Source: Octopus vulgaris
Lineage: Eukaryota
Assembly: GCA_951406725.2 (NCBI GenBank)
Contig: OX597826.1
Location: 75,206,001 to 75,270,000, forward strand
DNA: 64,000 bases
Reading direction: 5' to 3'
Below, one piece after another: positions 57,117 to 64,000 of this stretch. The position numbers were made by a program, and so were the translations under genes. The notes under the pieces are model-generated. The model saw only the letters and a program-made list of their open reading frames with translations, made no database searches and had not been told where the DNA came from. How positions within the stretch are numbered: the stretch's first letter is position 1; each line of letters starts with the position of its first letter.

Positions 57117-57508
57117 TGTTTCTTTATTACCCACAAGGGGCTAAACATAGGGGGGACAAACAAGGACAGACAAACGGGTTACATCGACCCCAGTGCGTAA
57201 CTGATACTTAATTTATCGACCCCGAAAGGATGAAATCAAAGTCGACCTCGGCGGAATTTGAACTCAGAACGAACGGCAGATGAAATACGTATTTCTTTAT
57301 TACCCACAAGGGGCTAAACACAGAGGGGACAAACAAGGATAGACAAAGGGATTAAGTCGATTACATCGACCCCAATGCGTAACTGATACTTAATTTATCG
57401 ACCCCGTAAGGATGAAATCAAAGTCGACCTCGGCGGAATTTGAACTCAGAACGAACGGCAGACGAAATACGGCTACGCATTTCGCCGGGTGTGCTAACGA
57501 TTCTGCCA
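57117..57508 (-). mobile_element. Tandem dimer of the tRNA-derived SINE inside one 15-bp TSD
   Basis: GTTACATAACACATC at 57102-57116 and 57509-57523. Two consecutive bodies join at about 57290. Confidence 0.85.
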
Positions 57509-57844
57509 GTTACATAACACATCACAGCCAGAAATGCAAGTCTTATATCCTGTATAGCAATTCTCAGACGTGGACGACCTGCTTGAAATAGCAGCCTAAT
57601 TTCCCTCAAAGGCAGAGGTGTCGAACATGTCTCCTTCGCATTTCGATGCTTACGATAACAGACACGTCTGCTGAACTTTTCTTTTCTTCCTTTAAGCCAT
57701 GCTGCATTAAATTTTTTTCGTCCCTTACTTAAGAATCGAGCTGTTATCGAATTTCTACGAAACTATGGTCAACAACGAATCCTAAAGTGTGTCCATATAT
57801 TCTTTTATATTTTTTGAGGAAAAACGTATTTCTTGGTGATTTCC

Positions 57845-60800
57845 AACCAAAACCGTTTCTGGCGAAGAACTTTCAACTTGATCGACTCTCCCAGCCAAAA
57901 TATAAAGGAAAAAGAAGTAAGTATTTATAGTGTTTGAATCTATTTAAAATACTTTCAAGTCAGAGTTTCGGAATAACTGGAATTACCTGAGGGTGGTGTA
58001 GGAGAAGAAAATGCCAAAGAATTGCGAAGTTTTGCCGTTTTTCTCCCCCTCTTTCATTTTTTTTAGTGCTTCAAATAACAGAAGTTAAGATTCAGAAAGG
58101 ATTTGTTTCCTTAAAATTTAAATATTTTATATTTTAACCCTCTCCCCCCCAATCCATGCCTTTTTATTTCCCCAGGAAATTATAATTGCTGTTTTGAAAC
58201 TTTCGGTTTGGCTGTCCCAAATAATTTGTAATTTCGCTGTTTTGCTCGGATTTCCCCAGATATTTGTTTTTGTGTTACATATTTAATAACAATGAAGAAC
58301 AATTTTAAAATAGATATTAAACGTTTACGCACCTGCCTTACAAAAACAGTAATCCGCCACTTAAATTATTTATGTATTTTTTTTTCTTTTGCAAAATTTT
58401 ATGTCATTTTATTTCATATTCTGAAACATAATTCGCACTTTAAAAAGAAATTCTTAACCCACTCCCTGCTGCATAGTACAATTTAGAAAAAAAAATCAAA
58501 TGCCACAATTTGATGATGTGTGAAAAACGAAATTAGATGGGAAAATGTATCCATAAAAGGATATAAATTCAGTCGTTTAAAATGTAGAAAAGTGTCTTTT
58601 TAATCGAACAAAATCATAATGGAACCAAAAATAAATTCCTCCCATCTCCTTTCATAGCAACAGTTTGTCGCAGGCGCTCCTTGTCCTAAGTAAAACGGTG
58701 GTATTTCTTTGTATTTGTCTGCTGTGGGAGATGAAAAAATGGAATTGTCTGTTTGGTTTTCTTGCTCTTTTTCCATTTTCTTTCTCTCGATTTGTATTTC
58801 TACTTTAGTTTTGGTTTTGTATTATATATGTATCATATACAAACGTGTTATATTCCAATAAAAGTTACAAACTGAAAAAAATAAAATTATTTTGTTTATA
58901 ATTTTGTCGGTGCAAATCAGCCAAGTGTTAACAAGTCGTATAGCCAAAACTTTTTTTTATAAACTGGCAAAAGTATGAGAAAAACAGAAAACCGAAAAAA
59001 ACCTTATTCTTGGGGGGAGGGGGGGGGAAGAGAATTTAAAAAAAGAAAGGACTATTATAAGTACTTCAGAATGTAGAATGCAATAAAATGACAAAAAATA
59101 TCGAAAAGAAAACTATTTCAAAAGTACAGTAAAAAGAGGACAAAAGTTTTTTAAAAACCCACAGATTTAAACTTTTTTTTTTTTATTAAAAGGCTCCACC
59201 AGTGTTTTAAAGATGTGATGCGAACCAAAGTCTGGAAATAGCCAAACTAAAACAGAAATTCCAAATTATGTGGAGACAGCGTTTCCAAAAGTTGGCCAAT
59301 GTCTTTTATTTTTTTTCACGTCATTTCATTGTATTTGATATTCCAAAACACTTGCTATAATATACATTGAAAAATAAATTTTCAAACTCCTCTTTCATCG
59401 TATCGAAGTCGTATTTTCTTAGCTTAAATCGTTAGTAGTCTTATTTATATGTTTATCATTGTCTGCATGACAGCCAAACCTTTCTTTTATTGCACTCAAA
59501 AGTCTGGGTATAACTACAGATGCGTAACAAACAAACCCGAATTTGTTTTACTCGTAGCTTTCTGAAAAGCAAATGCTTTGTAATGAAATTCTCAATTCAT
59601 CAAATACTTTTCAGATGGAGTAGATTAACGATTATGTTGGAATTTAAGGTATGAAGAAAAAAAAGAAGAAAAGATAAGAAAAAGAGTGGTGATGGTGGTG
59701 GGGGGATGCATCTCGACTTTGTTTACTCATACATTTAATGTAGATTTACAGTTATCTTGAACAACAATAAATAAAGAACCAAAATAAAACTTACTTTTGA
59801 GTACTATTCCACCCTTACCCTTTCTGGAATTTATTATATGAATATTTGATTAATGAAATGAAATTTTCTACAGATGCTGGCATTATTAAAAAAATAAAAA
59901 AATAAAAGTAAGGGTAATTTGCTAAAATAGCTGTTTGGTATACTCTAGGCCTGCCATAGGCAAATTGTGACCCATAAAATTTACTGGATAGCATGTAAAA
60001 TTACATTTAATTTTTTTAGTAGTGTGGCCTTGATCTATGTCTCATGCAGCCTGCTTCTTGAAACAGATTGCCCATCCCAGCTGTAGCACTTGGAATAGCC
60101 TTTATTTTAAAGAAATAAAAGAATAGTGGTGAGCTTCCAGGCTAGCCTTAATGGAATAATGAGAACATTCTATCTTATTTCCTTTCCTTCATATTTTAGG
60201 GCTTAAAATACCCCTCATGGTCCCTATTTTTGATGAAACTTGTGTTCATCTTATGAAAAATAAGTTTTCCATTCATATCTAAAAATAGAAGGGTTGGGTG
60301 GCTGTTTCTAGCATACTGAATGATCACGTATGAGGATGTTGTAACACTGAATGTGTTGAAAAAAAGAGAGATTAAGAATGTGATAAAATGAGTGAAATAT
60401 GTATTCAATTAGTGTTAACATTTCTGTATACCAGTCAACAAAGTTTTCTTTCAGAGAATTTTCTTAAACAAACAGAAAAAGAAAATGACAGAAGTTGAAA
60501 GTGAATAGTGTTCATTTTATTTCAAGTGAAAATGTTTTTCTCTGTGTGTGTATATGGTCGTATGCATTCCAAATCGGATTTAGTTAAATTGATTCACATG
60601 AATATATAAACTTATATATGAATACATACATCCACTTACACTTATATATTAACTAGCAGAATTGCCCGGCGATGCTCGGGGCTGAATTGCTTGAAAGTAC
60701 TGTTAATGATTGCACTGAATTATGATGATTATTCAGGCAAATATTGATATAAGTTTACGGTGGGAGATAAGGACCTAACGATCAAACGTGTGCCTTTGCA

Positions 60801-62053
60801 TTGTTTTGGGGGAACCAAATTTCTAATGAGCATTATAGGGGCACCAACTTTAACTTTGAAAATGTGTGGTGGTAGTCCGGGGGGCTCAAAGGAATTGAGT
60901 ACCTCTATTGGATAGTTGATGACGTCCTCTGGGTCAGGAGTTGTATCGATAGACTTATATACATAGACATCCCCAGGAATGAGTTTTAGCATTTCATCAT
61001 TAATATGGTGAACAGTTTTATTCCTCGGGGCCAGAATAGCCCTTTGGCCAATCCAATCCATATTCTGATAATTAGCTTGTAGATCTGGGAACACTGCATC
61101 TCTGAGATCAGAAGGCGTGTTAACAATGGTACAAATGGAATTGATGGCAATATTACCATTTTCATCCCCTGGTATTTTGCCTTCGCCAAGTGCAAGGAGG
61201 GTGTGAGAAAATGCTGCTGATGTGATATCACGTCGCATATGAGCACGCATATTGGTGTGAAGTTTGAGAGTCTTCACCAGTGGCCACAATGTGGATGACT
61301 TAAGACACGCACTTACTGCATCAGCTCTAGTCCCTTTGGGAATAACGGGAAGTGTTTGTCGGAAGTCCCCTGAAAGAAGAAGTGTTATGCCTCCCATGGG
61401 AGCTGAAGAGTGTTTGATGTCTCTGAGAGATCTATCTAGTGCCTCAAGAGTGCCTCTGTGGGCCATTGTGCATTCATCCTAAACGATAAGCTTGCATCGT
61501 CTGAAGACTTCTGCCTGATCGGAGCTGTTACTGATGTTGCAAGTTGGTGTCTCAGTCTTCGCTAAGTCAAGCGGGAGCTTGAAAGTGGAGTGAGCTGTCC
61601 TGCCGCCTGGCAACAAAGTAGCCGCAATTCCAGATGATGCTACAGCTAGGGCAATGCCTTGTGTTCGCCTAATCTCAGCCAATATTAATTTGTTGAGAAA
61701 AGTTTTCCCAGTGCCCCCAGGAGCGTCCAGAAAAAAAATCCCCCCAGCTTTGGCCCAGACTGAATTAACAACGGAGATGTAAGCGAGCTTCTGTTCTGGA
61801 AGGAGCTTTGGCTCATTGTCGGCTATATACTTGGCAAGCTCGTCAACATTAAAACATGTCTCGCGCAGCAAATGTGAAGACAGAGTGTTTGTGCCTTCCC
61901 GGTTTGTTGAAGGTAGGCCATAGACCGGCAAGGCACTACCGCCCATATCAAGTACAGTATCTTCGAACGTAGTTTGTTACCACACAGCCACACCTGCCCC
62001 TATGTATGTGTGTGTGTGTGTGTGTGTGTATGGGTAGATATATTATGCATGTA

Positions 62054-62098
<45 letters not shown>

Positions 62099-64000
62099 AC
62101 ATATTACATGTACATCTATATATATACATCTACACATAAAATACAAAATAGAAAGTTATATCTTGATATCGCTAGTGATAACAATACTCAAAATATATAA
62201 CAGACTGGAATTGTAGGCCCGTCTTTTGCAATTTTGATCAATTGGATTTTGTATAGAAGTGTACGGCTGCAGCGAAATTCATTTTTGGACTTTCTTCTAT
62301 CGAAAGCATTTTAACAAAAATGCTTCCGTAAAGACGGTGAAAATATTGTCAATTTCCCCAAACAGGGACACAATTCAATTTTAAAACAATAACCAAAGCC
62401 CCTTCTCCGAAAGGGGGAGGGTTACGAATTACAATTATTTAACAAATGCAACACAACAACGTTTCCCTGACGAGGAACCAACAAACGTGATTACAATAGT
62501 CAAACAGTAATAATAATAACAACAAACCTTTTAATTTATCCCCATTTATGTGAAACCACTTGTTCAAGTCATTGATGCAATTTTATACGAATTGCTAATA
62601 CACACACACACACATAATAAGGGTGAAAAATTGAATACTAATTTGATTAATATGAATTAAAAACCAGTGGTGTAGCATATAAGACCACAGCGGATTTTCT
62701 TCTAGCAAAAAGGATGACCAGTATTAATTGCTCATCCCTTTTATATAAATACTTTCACTTTGTTTCACACTTGCAAAGAGAAAGGAGGAGAAAGTGTAGT
62801 GGTAATGGTATGAGTGAAGCACTTGAAATGAAAGAGGGAAATGGTAAAATATTTACTTTTCTCGAATTTTTGCTTAATTGGGGGTGAAATTGAAAAAACT
62901 TTACATGCCACGACCCGATGGAATCTACTTGTAAAAATGATAGGTAAATTCCAATTGAAGAAATTCTATATTGTAGAATTGTATAAAAAACAAACGGTTT
63001 ATCATAAGAGATTATCATAAGAGATGATGTACATGACAGGTGTACATAATACTGAAATATGCATAAAGTAAACACAGGTAACAGGTCATTTCACAGACGC
63101 TAAACTATAAATTTCACGGGGTACAACCTTAAAGTTGATACCGCTGTCTCACTATTGACTTAAAATACAGTTTTTTCGAAGTTTGAACCTCTAACTTTTT
63201 CCTCAAAATTTTTCTCCACAAGATCATGGATTCATAGCAATAAGAGTGGAAAACTACATCAATATAACCAGTTTTCAGATTTTTTACTTCCTTTTAAAAA
63301 ATGCAGATTCTGTGAATCAATTTAACTAGATCCTTAAAATCTATACTGCCCAGCTATTTGAACAAGTAAATGTTCAAACTGTATATTGGGGTACCTCCTC
63401 TGCTGCATGAATTCAATGAAATATGTAGGGAATAAGTCTGAGAGGTACCATAAATATGGTAGTATCTGCATTTGGCATGAATCCATTTTCCTTCCATATG
63501 ATTTGTGTGGACGCCTGTGGTTTCAATTACAAATGACATGGAATGGTTTACAGTGAAGTACAAGAATCCATGACTTGATAAGTTCTTGTATGCTGTTCAT
63601 TCATCAATAAATATCCATCCTGGGTGGACATGCTGGAGTCTCATTGTTTTGCAGGGGTGCAGTTGATTGGCTGTATGGATGAGAAACACTTTTAGTGAGT
63701 GATTTAATTCATATCCTTTTGTTATTAGTTGTTGTCCTATAATATTTTCTCATGGCTAGACTTGTGTTCAAGGATGACTGGGATCAAATGATGCTGCTTG
63801 CGCAATGGTGACAGGCTGCTCTTACAGCTAACATTTGACATTAAGGTGATGAGACATATTTCTCTACTCTAATTGTTTGGGTTAATGTGTACCCTGTACT
63901 ACATTTTTATGTTGATAAATTATAATTTCCTCTGTAGACCCTATTCTTTTTAAGTATCCTCTGTAATGTATAGTGTTTCTGTATCATTTCAGGATACTGG
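57845..64000 (+). other. 5' part of a further paralog (ZNF-G): exon 1 about 57845-57916, probable next exon from 63993. CDS would lie outside the window.
   Basis: Exon-1 homology plus GTAAGT donor at 57917. The window ends ATTTCAG|GATACTGG, matching the ZNF-E acceptor ATTTCAG|GATCCTGG. Confidence 0.55.
60653..61972 (-). mobile_element. Helitron fragment encoding a PIF1-family helicase (one premature stop), with the 3' terminus intact
   Basis: FFLDAPGGTGKT (Walker A), ASSGIAATLL, LIV*DECTM (W->TAG at 61479-61481), GDFRQTLPV, AILAPRN, KVGAPIMLIRN. Hairpin plus CTAG at 60653-60690. Confidence 0.92.

Noticed and set aside
62460-62495. CTGACGA as another hammerhead
   Set aside because: No stem II or downstream GAAA on the same strand.

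Overview
AT-rich, intron-containing animal genomic DNA, most likely Octopus or another coleoid cephalopod. This is inferred from the KRAB-less C2H2 arrays with [16 protein letters not shown] repeats and the SINE/RTE repeat types, not from a database search. The left end holds the first exon of a papain-family (cathepsin-like) protease on the minus strand. It lies head-to-head, about 300 bp away, with a complete rps3 gene (5 coding exons, 241 aa, plus an intron just after the stop codon). From about 13 kb to the end is a tandem cluster of paralogous C2H2 zinc-finger genes. These are three intact (A, C, E), two truncated (B, D), one relic (F) and the 5' part of a seventh (G). All but F share a non-coding exon 1 and a long 5'UTR. 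The rest is a dense mosaic of RTE LINE pieces, tRNA-derived SINEs, Helitrons and Merlin-, hAT-, piggyBac- and mariner-type MITEs. The most unusual signals are four. (1) A tRNA-headed SINE with a Penelope-type minimal hammerhead-ribozyme core, inserted as a head-to-head palindrome with one 13-bp TSD, plus two more unrelated hammerhead motifs in rps3 intron 1. (2) A near-invariant four-finger core shared by all five ZNF paralogs, with a hypervariable base-contact position. (3) A stack of four nested transposons in a ZNF promoter. All alignments were done by eye, so repeat boundaries are approximate unless a TSD or TIR is quoted.
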